From positions 44,020,001 through 44,084,000 of the forward strand of contig OZ024749.1 of the NCBI GenBank assembly GCA_964016885.1: a stretch of 64,000 bases of DNA. The letters run 5' to 3'. The DNA is from Eledone cirrhosa. Taxonomy: Eukaryota. The notes beneath the pieces were generated by a model that did no database searches, was not told the origin of the DNA, and saw nothing but the letters and a program-made list of their open reading frames with translations. The position numbers and the translations under genes are program-made. Shown piece after piece: positions 33,818-47,266 of this stretch. Positions within the stretch are counted from its first letter, which is position 1. Every line of letters starts with the position of its first letter.

Positions 33818-36800
33818 ATGGCGGTGAGACTTGTTCTTCGGAATATTTTATTTAGAGAAAATAGTTTATTGAAAATTCAGCAGCCCCAACTTATAACTCC
33901 ACTATTTTCAGGTAAGTTAAAGATTATATATTTAGGTATAGTAAATGAACAAGATATATTTCATTATGACCAAATTCGAAGCCATCTAAACATGTAGCAA
34001 GAAACTTTCTGATTTGCAAGGACGTAAGGTTGAATAGAATTTCTCGAGAAATTAAGTAAAACATCTTATTAGTTTATATTATGTATATAAATGTAAAATT
34101 AATGTTATATCGATATGATGTACAATAATGAGAATGTATAAATGTAAAAAGAATTAAAACTGAAGATATGCTTTTGTTTTTATAGTAATTATTTATCGAG
34201 ACTAGTTAAAGCTGTAGGTTGTTTGTTTAGTCTCATTCAACACTGCTCCTGATAGTGCAGACCCTTGATTAAAGGCAATCTAGTTGTGACCATCCTGTCT
34301 TTTAAGAGGCAACTACGTCTTGTGTATTTTCTTTCCTTTTTTTTGTTGTTTTGTTATTTAAGCGCCAGAGTGTATATTTTAAGTGAAATGTGGCTGCTAT
34401 TTCTAGCAGGTAGTCTGACCACGTTGAGGGTAACGTCGTTAATTAGTGTAGACATTTTGTTATTGTTTTTATCCTTGAATAAGTACATCTAAAATCAAAA
34501 GCATTCCATTTATAAACATCCCATAGCTTACATCAGACATTTTGTAATCTTGTACTACATTAGAGAGTCACTCCAGGTAGAGCCGCTACTTCTCCGAATT
34601 GAGAGATCACAACTCCGATACTATGGGCATGTGGTTAGAATGTCTCAGGAAAGAATAGTTGGACAAATTTTATGGGCAAAACCCACAGGTAGGAGACGGA
34701 GGGGGTAGACCCTAAGCAAGATGGTTGGATAACATCGATGAGCTTGGCTGGTCACTCTTGGGGAGCCAGCCGGATCAGTTGGAGACAATTGCTTCTGACA
34801 AGACCTACTGGAAGGAGTGTATGAAGATTCTCCCTCCCACGACCCTCTCAGGAATAAGAAGTACTATATTATCCGATGTGTTATTCCTCCTAAAAATCTT
34901 TTGAGGGAAATTTGGTTGCTATTTCTGTGATTCAGCTGGGTGTTACATTTGCCAGTCCCCGGACTGCTGTTTTCATCCGCAAAATCAAAAGAAGGGGCTC
35001 TGTGAGGTGGAATGGTTGATGCAACGGATGTCGCTAGCTGTTTTTTTTTGCGACATTACTTTCTCCATCGTGTTCGCTGGTCGCAGCTGAGATATATCAC
35101 CCTTCGAAGGGAGTTGAGTTTGCCCTTTTGCCCCCCCCCCCCCCCCCTTATGCTCTCTTATTTATTATCTGTTCAAATAGATGAAAACTTTTGTAAAATA
35201 ATAAAAATAAAAGAGTCGTAGTGTCGTTTTTTATGAGGGCCCCCCGACAGCCTAGAACAACCCAGGGTGACATGGTCAAACAAAAGCGAATACAAAAAAT
35301 ATAATCAAGAATGTATTCCCAGGTCTCGAAAATTAGGAAACCCCCCACCCCCACCCACACACACACTCTTATTCCATCCCACTTCCGCTTATTAAATTTT
35401 GCTAATCTAACTCTGAAGGAATTATATTTTAAGTGGTAGCATCCCTGCGACAATTTTCTTGACACACTCAGCCCTTTTGATTATATCTTTGATATTCTTT
35501 CACAAATAAGGTTGATGACAGTCAAATGATGGGATCAATGTTTGCCAGCTGTGTCATCATCATCATGACTATCATCATCATCATTTTACGTCTGCTTTCC
35601 ATGCTGACATAGGTCAGATGGGTCGTCATGTTCAGAGACTAAATGAATCAGAGAACCACATTTTGCTCATATGTTCCATTTTTAGCACAGTTTTTACTGC
35701 AGGATCTTCTTCCTAGCACTGATCACTTTACAGAGTGTACCATTGGGTACATTTTAGTGTTGCATACAATATATTTATGGACAGAAAAAGAGGCACCAGT
35801 CAGGCTAGTTTTAATCCTGTGTTGGGATTTCATTAGTTTCAGAGAACCCTCTGTAACAGTCCACTGAGATACGGTTTATAAATACACTGTTATTAAGAGC
35901 TTAAGTAAACTGGATAGACTAATATACATTTAAGTTAATTAGATAGACTAATATACATTTAAGTTAATTAGACAGACTGATATACATTTAAGTTAATTAG
36001 ATAGAGCGATTTACATTTTTACAGCTAGTTCCATTAATAAATTACTTGTGTGTTAATAGTGTTTTGTTTTAATTCTTTATTGTACTTCAGAATAATCAAA
36101 ATATTGTGAAACATATAATGTAAATATAGTTTAAATCTAAATATTATGAAATTTGTAATGTAAATATAGTTTAGATTTAAATATTATGAAATTTGTAATG
36201 TAAATATAGTTTAGATTTAAATATTATGAAATTTGTAATGTAAATATAGTTTAGATTTAAATATTTTGAAAATTGTCATGTCAAAATAACATAGTCATCA
36301 TCATCATCATCATCACTTTATCTGCATGCCATACTGGCATAGGTTGGATAGGTTATTTCAGTCGAAGATTACTGGTCATTGGTTCCAATCTTTAATTGAT
36401 CCAGTTAATGTTATAGGGGTCAGTCTGCTCCCCACCCCCTTCTTTTTTCTATCCTCTCTAAGACAATGTCACTGGACCAAGATCCTTGGCGCCACGCAGT
36501 AATACAGAAGACTCGCTTTGCCTATGTGCAAAGCAAAACCTTCAGTCAGTAGGCACCTCTTAACCAAATATACACCCCAACCCACTAACCCTACTCCATC
36601 CTCCCACTCCCACCAACACCACCCTTTCTCTGTAAAGTTATGTTGGTACCACAACATCCAGTCCAAACTAATGAGGTCATGTAGGTGTCACAACAGAAAA
36701 ACACAGTCCACGCTGTAATGTGGCCATGTAGGTAACATGGTAAAAACCTCCCAGTCCACACTGTAAATGTGCTTGGTGTTAGTAAGGGCATCCAGCTGTA

Positions 36801-39800
36801 GAATAGTCCTATACTAGCGAGTCACGGTCACCCGACCAATCTTGCCTCAAGTGGGACAATTCCCGTCTAATCCATGCTAGCGTGGAAGATAGACGTTAAA
36901 CGATGATGATGATCATCATTATCACTTTCCTGATATTTGTACATTATTCTATGTACTATACATGCACCTTTGATGAGTTGTAGTGCACCTAAGCACTGTA
37001 TGCAATAATTTTCATTATTATTATATATACTATATATATATATATATAAATACTTATATATATATATACGAAGGCGGTGGATTGGCAGTATCGGTAGAGG
37101 GTCAGACGCCATGCTTTGGCGCATAGAGTTACGGCCCTTGCCATTCTGAGTTCAAATCCCACCGAGGTTAACTTTGCCTTTCATACTTACGGGGTCGATA
37201 AAATAAAGTACCAGTAATACACTGGGTAATTGCTGGCCTTGTGCCAAAAGTAGAAACAATTATTATTATATATACTTATAGGCAAGTTTGAGGGACCACA
37301 TCTTGTTCATATGTTCCATATTTGACATTGTTTCTATGGCTGATTACCCTTTCTAACACCAACCTCCTTACCAGGACTACTGAATGTGTTTTATCTTGGT
37401 ACTAGCATTTATTACTTTACAGAATGTAAAGTAATAGACCCTCTGGGCTTGAAGCAGATGCTAAATTTTAAAATTTTTACATGAAATATTTTACAATATT
37501 TATATGATAAAATGTACCCAGACTGGTCTGGCATCAGCATGCAACAGCTGCTGTCTAACCCATTCTAGCATGGAAGATAGATGTTTAACAGTGATGATAT
37601 AGAAACCCTACCAAAACTGGAATGTATGTGAGACATATCCTCTCACCATTCTAGGTAGACAGTAGCTCTGGTTAAATGTGGATTTGGTCAGTAACCACCT
37701 GTCCAATACATGCTACCATGATGATGATGATGATGATGATGATAAATAAAATAATGAAATTATTCTGTACAATGCTCAGGTGCATTACAACTCATCAAAG
37801 GTGCATGTATAGTACATAGAATAGTGTGCAAATGATGATGATTTACATCCAAGTTAATGCTTTCAAATTTATTTATTTTGTCTTAGGTCACTTCCAGAGT
37901 TTTCTTCCAAATGAAGGACAGAAACGATTATATTCCAAATACAGGAAAAAAGTACCCCCAGTTTTTCCAAAACTTTTTAAGTCAGGTTAGTACAAATGGA
38001 TCATTGTTTATTTTATACATTTATACTGAAATACCTTTCATCATTATCATCACCACCACCACCTCTATCATCATCATCACTACCATTATCATTATCACCA
38101 TCATCATCATCATCACCACCACTACCATTATCATTATCACCATCATGATCGTCATCATCACTACTATTATCATCATTACCTTTATAACTATTATTATGTA
38201 TGTACATACATACATTCCCACGCTCAGCTGAGAGTTATTGTTGTGGTGCCAAATACAGATCTTATACTCCATGGAAATTGTGTAAGTACTATGTAGATCA
38301 TCGTCATCATTATCATTTAATGTCAATTTAACCCTTTAGCATTTACATTATTCTATATTTACTATTGTATTTTCATGGTAAAGGCTTTACCTCACATAAT
38401 ATCGAATCTATGAGATTTTGATATTTATTTTGAGAACAATACTTTAACATCAGTATGATGTTCGAACAGATAAAGGTGATAGAACTCTGGCCGGATGCAG
38501 CCAGTTTAAATGCTAAAGGGTTAAGTGGAATGTGCACCTGAGATAGCTAATAACTAATATGAGAATATGCCAAACATGGACAAAGAAAAATTCTGACAAA
38601 ACTCTAGCATGATCTGCCAAATGTTTCTCTATCTTCTTCTTCATCTGTTAAAACATTTAATCCTTTAGCATTTAAGCTGGTCTTATCCAGCCAGAATTCT
38701 CTCACTTCTCTCTTTTCAAACCGGCTGTAAGCTGTCGCTCATACTGATGTTAATGTATTGTTCTCAGAAGCCTTTACCGTGAAAATATAATAGTATATAA
38801 AGAGCAATGTAAATGCTAAAGGGTTAAACATTTTAAAAATAAAAAAATGCTGTTTACATTTCTATTATTTAATTATTATAGGAGACATGATCAAGAGAGA
38901 ACCACTGCCAAATGATACTGTGAAATTTTGGTACCAAGATATCAAAGAATTAGAAAAGTGAGTATCTTCTCTCTCTCTCCCTCTCCTTATCTCTCCTCAT
39001 CCTCTTGTCCTATCTCTCCTTTCCTCGCTATTCACTCACTCACACTCTCTCTCTCTCTCTATTCCCCTCTCCTTTCCACTCTCTCTCTCTTTGTCTCTTT
39101 CTCTATCTTTTCTTCTTCTTTTCTCCCTCTTTTTCACTCTCACTCACTCTCTCTCTCTCTCTATTTCTCTCTAGTGTACCTGACAAAATACAGCAGTTAT
39201 TTACAGTGGAATATGCCAACCGTGTAAGTTAATCTTTTTTTACCTAAATTTCTGAGATAATTTAACTGAACATATCTAAAAATAAGTTATTAATTCAAAT
39301 GATTATAGTATCTTTACCAGTGGACAGATCATTGAGAAAATTTGTAGTATTAACTCTTAACATCCAGTAATAATTTAGCAGAAAGTATCTAATAAGTTAT
39401 TAATTCAAACAATTGTAGTGTCTATACTAGTGTACGGATCATTGTGAAAATTTGTTGCATTAACTCTTGACATCCTGTAATAATTTAACAGAAAAATATT
39501 CATGTGCATAGTTTTTCTACTTCTATCTCCCTACCTCTCTCTCTATCTACTTCTCTCTCTCTCTCTCTTCACAGCTTGAAATAAGAGACCATGAACACCA
39601 TGTATTACTGGAGAGAATTCAAGAAACTCTTGGACCTGATGCTATTTTTGAAAAGAGAAGTAAGTTTATCTATTAATCTATTTATCCATATATACTCTTT
39701 AACCCTTTAGCATTTAAACCGGCTTTATCCGGCCAGAATTTTCTCACCTGTTTCTCTTTAAACCAGCCATAACTGGCCACTCATACTGATGTTATGGTAT

Positions 39801-40981
39801 TATATATATACTTCGTCAAGCATTAAACTAATATATTTCTTTGTTGTACTGTGTTGTTTGCTTTGTTTTTTTTTGTTTTTTTGTTAACTTTTTGCATACA
39901 TATAATCTATCTATCTCTCTATCTGTCTGTCTATCTATAAACATTTCTCTTCCCTAGTTGCTTACCTTACTCTTCGTATTCGAGCTCTGAAGAAACATTT
40001 GACTTCTTACAGACAGGTAAGTTTTTTTAAAGGAAATTAAATTTTCTACAAATATTATAATCAGAATCAGTTTCTGTATGAGTAAGACAAGGCCAGCCAA
40101 CCGGACACTGCTCACAACAGGACAACCCGTCTAACCCATGCTAGCGTGGAAGAACGGACGTAAAACGGTGATGATGATGATGATTATAAATAGTCCCAAA
40201 CCTTTGATAGACTGAATAATAATGAAAATTATTGTGTACAGTGCACAGGTGCACTACAACTCTTCAAAGGTGCATGTATAGTACATAGAATAATGTACAA
40301 ATGTCAGGAAAGTGAACAGTGTATGAGTCATGATATACATGTGTGTTTCAGGAGTTTTAGCCATCTTCAGTTGATGCTTATTCACTACAAGATACTTGAG
40401 AACAATAATATCATATACAGCTTTTGTAAATAATTTATTTTTATTGATAGCTTATTTACATATAGTGTAAGCTTGATGGGCTAGTATTAATTAGAGAAAG
40501 TACTAACATAGCATGGTGCAGAATAAAGGCATATTAATATGATTTCTTTTTCTTCTATTTTTAGGATAAAGTTTCCAAAAGTATCTTGTCTGAAAAGATA
40601 GCAAAACGAAGACAGATGCTAAAAAAATTGAAACGGTTGAACACTGTCAATTTCAGATGGCTGACAAGGGAACTAGGACTATCATATGCTCCTGTGTCTA
40701 AATATATTTATTGGCCCTTAACCAGGAAAGGTAAGAGGAAAAAGGCAGCATACAGGAAGGGATTCAAAATGAAAATGCAGAAGCTGGATATACTTCGCGA
40801 ACAATACGAGAAGGAGAGAAGCGAGTTTGATATATATAAAGCTAAAACTTTGACTGAAATTGAAAAAGATTTGAAAGATCTCAACTTAACTATTGATGAT
40901 GTCTACAACCCAACAGCATTATCTAAAAAGGAACGAGTTAAGAAAGAGAAGGTCAAGTTTAAAGGTCGCATATGGTATTAA
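33818..40981 (+). CDS. MRPS15: Mitochondrial ribosomal protein uS15m, 7 coding exons, 292 aa
   Basis: Exons 33818-33911, 37887-37985, 38882-38957, 39175-39223, 39575-39659, 39958-40016, 40565-40981; GT-AG and phase-consistent (879 nt). N-terminus resembles a targeting peptide (MAVRLVLRNILFR). S15 core IAYLTLRIRALKKHLTSYRQDKVSKSILSEKIAKRRQMLKKLKR...FRWLTRELGL. Confidence 0.9.
35913..36282. repeat. Two AT-rich minisatellites (~29 bp x3 and 40 bp x4-5) in MRPS15 intron 1
   Basis: atagactaatatacatttaagttaattag x3; aatattatgaaatttgtaatgtaaatatagtttagattta x4-5. Confidence 0.9.
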
Positions 40982-41413
40982 ATCAGTTGCATTATTACAA
41001 TAAATTATATAAGTCATTTAAAACATTGTATTGGTTTTTTGTTTATTTTCTTCCAGCAGCCTATTGGTTAGGTTGTAAAACTTATCACTATAAGGTCGTG
41101 GGTTCAATTCTTGGACCAGGTAAGACATTTCATTTCATGTTGCTTTTCATGATAGGACTGGAGCACCCCCATCATTAAAACACCTAAGAAACCTCCTTTG
41201 AGATGCAATAATAGGAAATCAGCAAAACTTGCATAGGTGTGAGCTGTAAGAATAACAGTAGGATTGGTGTCTGCTATGATTAAAACACCTGAGAAAACTC
41301 CTATAAGATGCAACCTTGTAGGAAGTCAGGTAAACCTATCTGCATGTGAGCTGAAAATTTCATTTTCTTTTTTCTACCTATTAATTGGTATGTATGTGGG
41401 GGTTGGATGGGGT

Positions 41414-41546
41414 CAGTGCCAGATTTAGGACAAATGAGGCCCCGAGGCCCCTTATTTGGTAAACCTCTAAAAACCCTGAAGGGGTAGGAAGATGTCCTCA
41501 TCCCTGTGCTTAAAACACACCTAAGCACGATGGTAAATCCAGCACT
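41414..41546. mobile_element. Short MITE (PIF/Harbinger-like ends)
   Basis: cagtgccagattta ... taaatccagcactg inverted termini. Confidence 0.55.
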
Positions 41547-41865
41547 GGGTGGGGTTATGACTGATGATTTCTACCTTATCACTACTCAAACAGTACCCAA
41601 CACCCAACCATCACACCACCAACACACACACATAAAGAGGAGGTGAACATCACCAGTACTGCAAGATATTAAATAATTATATGCCAGTTTTGTTGTTGTT
41701 TTTATTCTTTCCTTCTTTAATGCTAACATTACTTGGTATAGCTGCTGCCCCCCCATCAAAAATAATAATAAAGGCACAAAATTATTTAAAAGATACAAAA
41801 TTCTAGCTCAATTATTTCAAATATATCCTCACTCAATTCTAAAATATCAAAAAATGCTAAACGCC

Positions 41866-41937
41866 TGCGTCGGCCGGGAGTCGAACCCGGATCGACTGCT
41901 TGGAAGGCAACCATGCTAACCGTTACACCACCGACGC
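41866..41937 (-). tRNA. tRNA-Gly (anticodon TCC)
   Basis: GCGTCGGTGGTGTAACGGTTAGCATGGTTGCCTTCCAAGCAGTCGATCCGGGTTCGACTCCCGGCCGACGCA; full cloverleaf, T-run terminator about 11 nt downstream. Confidence 0.97.
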
Positions 41938-42672
41938 TGACAGAATAATTACTTTAAATTTCTTACTAATACAAAAAATATATTCTTTTTTTTTTGCGCT
42001 ATTTTCTTCTAAATTTATGGTAAGTAGTTTTTATTTCAGTCCATCAACGAACTTTTGAATGTAGCATGCCACTTTTAATTCTTCAAACTGTTTTCGGTTT
42101 ATTTGGTGACTGGAAGAATTTTTAGAGCGCTATTGAATTGCTTCAGTGCAGAAAATATTTAAAGAAAAAAAGTATGGGTTTTTTTGTTTGTTTTTAAATT
42201 TCATGTTCCCATTTCCACAACTAAAAATATTTACAATTTCGATTATATCTCTAACATCCTTCCATACTTAAGATTTAAAACCGTCAATCCAAGGGACGAG
42301 TGTTCACCAGTTATACATCTATTTCAATATATATCATCATCATCATCACCATTTAAAGTCTATTTCCTATGCTTGATAGGTTGTCATTTACTGAGGTTAA
42401 ACTAATCAGGTCATCATGTCTTGTTCATATACCCCATTTTAACTTGGTTTCTAAATGTCGACCACTTTACAGCATGTTCTGAAATCATGGTTTCTATGGT
42501 CGGATATCCATCCTAACGCTCACCACTTTACAACGTGTACTGGGTGCTTTTATCGTGGCTCCAGCACTGGACAGGCATTAACGGGAAGGAAAGCGTCGGG
42601 ACATGAGGCTGGTCTTGATATACTGGCGACAACGAATAGTTTTGAAATAATGCAACACACCAGAAACTTTAG

Positions 42673-42867
42673 CAGATCTGCCAAACCTCTAAAAACCCAA
42701 ACGGGGAGTACCATGAAAAAAGTGTCCCAAAACGGGGAGAAATAAGGCAAAATGGTGAAATTTTACATAATGAAAGCTATACCCATTTTCACAAGAGAAG
42801 ACATCTCTCACCCATACCAAAGTGGGTGGGAGATCTCCCCGTCCGACGGGGATAGTTGACAGGTCTG
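42673..42867. mobile_element. hAT-like MITE with a 6-bp target-site duplication
   Basis: Termini cagatctgccaa / ttgacaggtctg; CTTTAG immediately flanks both ends (42667-42672, 42868-42873). Confidence 0.7.
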
Positions 42868-43007
42868 CTTTAGTAATGCACATTTTCTCCAAAATCACGT
42901 TAGTTTTGCGCAAAGTTGGATTAACCATTAAACAAAACAAGATTAAATGTATTTGTCGTTCAAAAAAATAACTGCAGTCTTTATATATTGGTATAGAACA
43001 TCAGTCA

Positions 43008-43079
43008 GCGTCGGTGGTGTAACGGTTAGCATGGTTGCCTTCCAAGCAGTCGATCCGGGTTCGACTCCCGGCCGACGCA
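43008..43079 (+). tRNA. tRNA-Gly (anticodon TCC), identical to the minus-strand copy
   Basis: Same 72-nt sequence; TTTT terminator at 43091-43094. Confidence 0.97.
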
Positions 43080-43471
43080 GACGTTTAGCATTTTAAAAAA
43101 TATTTTGTTGTAGTGCACCTGAACACTGTACACAATAATTTCATTATTATTATAATGTTTAAGTGCTTTGGGCCGCAAAAGCACTTAATCTGCCTCTGGT
43201 TTTCGTTGCTAGCACCCTAACTAAGTGCGCCAAAGAGGCCGACCAAGCATGAGACTGTGAAATACTGTATCGTCGACCATCCCATAGAGGACGAAAGGTA
43301 AATTTTTGCATAAACACCCGTCTCGGATTCAGGTAGAAGTGAAAACTCAAATCAACAACTTAGGGTTCAAACTTTACTGTATACGTGGCTGAATATATGT
43401 GTCACGTCCGAACGAATATCTTCCACCTCTGAATATCTTACCCTCTGCCTCTTGGTCCCGGCTGACATGGA

Positions 43472-43534
43472 GAATATATTGCGCTGGAACAACCACTACA
43501 CTTCGGGTAGTGGTTGTTCCAGCGCAATATATTC
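43472..43534. repeat. Perfect 28-bp hairpin with acTTCGg loop
   Basis: gaatatattgcgctggaacaaccactac-acttcgg-gtagtggttgttccagcgcaatatattc. Confidence 0.9.
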
Positions 43535-43960
43535 AACGATTCTGACCTCCAAACCCGTCGGAAATGACTTGTTTTTCAGATATCGGAGAAGGAAAGGGAT
43601 GAAACCGGGACTTTCCCACCCTCGGTGATTTTATTAAAATCTTTCCTGCGTTTTTTTTTTTTTTAGTGTGTTTTGAAAGAATCTAACCTTCAAAACTGTC
43701 TGAAATTATTCGTTTTTAACTTACATAGGGATGAGTGGGTAGCACCCGGTCTTAACCCTGACCTGACACCAGACAGGTGTCATTGGCTCATTTATTGAAT
43801 GTGCAATCAATTTTTATTTTTAATTATACGAATATCAATATGGCTTCAAGTCATATAAGGGGATACGATTTTTAAAAAATAATTTTCAAGAATATTTTGC
43901 CCAATCCGATATCTGAAAAACAAGTGATTTCCGACGGGTTTAAAGATCAGAATCGTCGAA
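43532..43960. mobile_element. MITE with ~55-bp terminal inverted repeats
   Basis: ttcaacgattctgacctccaaacccgtcggaaatgacttgtttttcagatatcgga vs tccgatatctgaaaaacaagtgatttccgacgggtttaaagatcagaatcgtcgaa. Confidence 0.8.
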
Positions 43961-44003
43961 AACACACACACACAAAAGAGGAAAAACAACTTGGATGTTT
44001 ATG

Positions 44004-44051
<48 letters not shown>

Positions 44052-44727
44052 CCAATATATATATAAATGAAAATATATCATATATATATATATATCATCA
44101 TCGATTTACGTCCGCTTTTCCACGCTTGGTTGGTTTGGTTTTAGAAACTACTAAATCTTCTCATTTTGTTTTCGTTGTTCAACCTGCTTAAGCTGGTGAA
44201 ACTCCAGAGTAACAAGACTCGTTTTTTAGCCATTACATATATATATATATATATATATATACATACAGGGCCGGCACTACTATATAGGCAAACTAGGCAG
44301 CCGTCTAGGGCGCTGATTTTAAGGGGCGCATTTCTTCAAATCAACAATTCTTGAAAAATAAATAGATATATATAATGAACCCCTATAACGAAAAAAAATG
44401 GGCACTGCCCATTTTTTCCCCTTAAGTGGGGTGCCCTAATATTAGACTATTTTCTGTGGTCAATATACACATATATGTGTATAAGTGTGTGTGTTGATGT
44501 AAATAAATGTAATAAATATAGTGTTCTATAATGTTTGTGTACGTGTGTATAATTTGAGAGTGTGGGAAAGTGACGTGATCAAAAGCAACTGTCAGCACAA
44601 TATAGTAAACCACATTCAACAGTGTCAATCTTTGTGAAAGGAATAAAATAAATATAAAAATAAACCAATAAATGTCGGTTACAAAATAAGCATTTGTTAT
44701 GTTTTGCCAAGAAATTGTGACGTGGCA

Positions 44728-45240
44728 GTCTGTATCGCTTCCACACCTTCTTCTGCAGTTCCTCCTCTTTCTATTCCTCTTACTCTGTCTCTTGTACATT
44801 ACTATCACTCTATCTATCAGTTTCACTCCTTCTTCTGCTGTTCCACCTCTTTCTATCCCTCTTACTCTGTCTCTTGTACATTACTATCACTCTATCTATC
44901 ACTTTCACTACTTCATCTACTCCTCCTCCTCTTTTTCCTCTCACTCTATTTCTACTATTACTTATACCCTGTCTCTATTACCTTACTATTTATTACTCTA
45001 TCTATCGCTTCCACTCTTTTTTCTTTTGCTCTTCCTTCTCCCATTACTCTCACTATATATTTACTATCACACTCTCTCTATTTCCCTTTAACCCGTCACT
45101 TTTTCTTTCTCTGCTTCTCCTTCTATCTCTCTCTCTTCCTCTGCTTCTCCTATCTCTCTTTAACTCCTGTCATTTTTTTCTCTCTCTCTCTCTGCTCCTC
45201 CGCCATTCCTTTTACTACTTCTCCTTTTGCTCTTTAACAC
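44728..45240. repeat. Pyrimidine-rich degenerate ~80-bp tandem repeat / low-complexity tract
   Basis: cttctgc(a/t)gttcc(t/a)cctctttctat(t/c)cctcttactctgtctcttgtacattactatcactctatctatca duplicated, grading into (CT)n. Confidence 0.8.
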
Positions 45241-45501
45241 TCCAATTCGTCTCTTAGTAATTCTTTCCCCCTCACTCAGTGAAATCTTCCACGACATCGT
45301 TCAGCTGTGATTTTCATTTAATTCTTGGGCAACACTTCAGCAAACATAGCCTGACTATCAACAATCCTGTATAATTTCGAAATATTTCTTCCGAGAACCG
45401 AATAGAAGAGAAAAAAGAGCCTACCACTATATATTTCTTCTCTTTAAAAGATATTTCTGTTTTTTATATTTGATCAACGTTTGGAGTTGGTAGAGGAGAA
45501 T

Positions 45502-46705
45502 ATGGCTGCTAAACAACGAATGAGGATTGCCAACCAGAAACATAGCCAAAATGTGGCTAACAGGGGAAATGTCCCTAAAACACTGGTAACTTCATTTTAT
45601 TTACTTAATATAGTTTTTAGTATTTCCCTTGTTAAATTCCGTTTTAGATTATATTATAGATGTGTAAAGCAGGCAATATATTTATCTATAAGTTGTCCCT
45701 AATTCTCAGTCCTGTCACCATATGCCGACAACAAAACCAACTTGTAGGCTTTTCAACACATTGCACGCAACATATTGTTGTATGCACACATATTTATATA
45801 GATATATACACATAGGTATATTATATATAGTTAGTTCCATTGCTTGTTCATATATCTCTGTATGATATCTATTTCTAATACGAATCAGAATTATCGTTGA
45901 CAGACGAAACCTTTATTTTTTGAAAATATACCCTAGACCCTTCCATCTTAAGTTTTTTTTACTATGAAATATCATTTAGTATATATTAAAGATGTATTTG
46001 TTTGTTTTATTATCTATATATTCCTTCCTAATCGTTAGCCATATAAGAACGTGTTAGAATCTAGATTCGCCGATTCCAAGTAAATATATATATATATATA
46101 TATATTTAAGAGAAACATTTAAGCCGATTTCTTACACACACATTAAGCCTCAGTTTATAAGGGAAAAAACGAAGGGAGTACATTGTTATTGTGTTGATTA
46201 AAGGCTTTTTATCAAGGCACACTTTGTCAAAAAAACATTTAATACTGTGTTCGGGGAGCCCCTATCATTAAAACACCCGAGAAACCTCGTATGAGATACA
46301 CCGTCGGAGGAAGCCAGTTAAACCGGCAATGATACGAGACCCTGAAGGAATATATAAAGAAGGTTTACTAGGCTGGAATTTGAACTAATATGTATGTAGT
46401 ACGACACTAACATAAGCTTCACCCTCCTCATACAGTATTGAGAATTTTTCTGTCCGTTGATATATCGTTTATGAACAGGTTAGTGACATAGTCCCGAGAT
46501 CTTCGGGAAATGAGAAGTTGTGGTGTTCATCATACCTTTTCCTAGAATGTTAGATGAATAAATGAAATGAAAAGACTCTAACTCGGATTTGAAAGGAGAA
46601 TTTTATTTACATGTGTTAGATTTTGTATATTAACAGGTCGAAAGAATTACACGTCACTCATCACCAACCTCCTTCATAGTTTGGTTGATGGTAATATATA
46701 TATAT

Positions 46706-46747
<42 letters not shown>

Positions 46748-47229
46748 CCCTTCATATCATACGCATAGTGTAAATATATAGTCTTAGTTGGATCTTTGTT
46801 TAATTACAGTTTACATTTAGACGGAGAGGCTTTCAGGACAGTTAAACATTTTTTTTTTAAAATCTCCGACTAAATTTTTGTTGTTGCATGTGGCAACATG
46901 ATGTTATCTATATGAGCTTTGGTTGTGAAAATAACCGTGTAAAGGTATGTGTTGGTCTTGCTGATCCTGTTGTTGTCTTTAAGGGATATCTAGAATGACA
47001 GTTATTTAATAGGCCTTCATCCCCTACTCTTTTTTTTTTTTCCAAAACGGTGGAGGCGTGATTTTATGGGAAAGATGACGGGACGATGGTCATGAATTTC
47101 TTGTCTAACCCAGCCCCAGCTCAGTCCTGAACAAAATCACTCCAACGATGGCCATTCTCTCTTTAAGGGATATATCAGAATTACGTAGTTATTATCTAAT
47201 GCCTGCCTTGTCCCCCCCCCCCCCCCCAC

Positions 47230-47266
<37 letters not shown>

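Noticed and set aside
43185-43295. U2 or U3 RNA gene (short resemblances cgtcctctat, gctt..tcggcct.tttggc, gca.cgaaaacca.gagg on the minus strand)
   Set aside because: The U2-like blocks are in the wrong order, and the branch-point-pairing region (U2) and boxes A/C/D (U3) are absent.
44422-45257. 134-177 aa hydrophobic ORFs
   Set aside because: Derived from a pyrimidine-rich tandem repeat.
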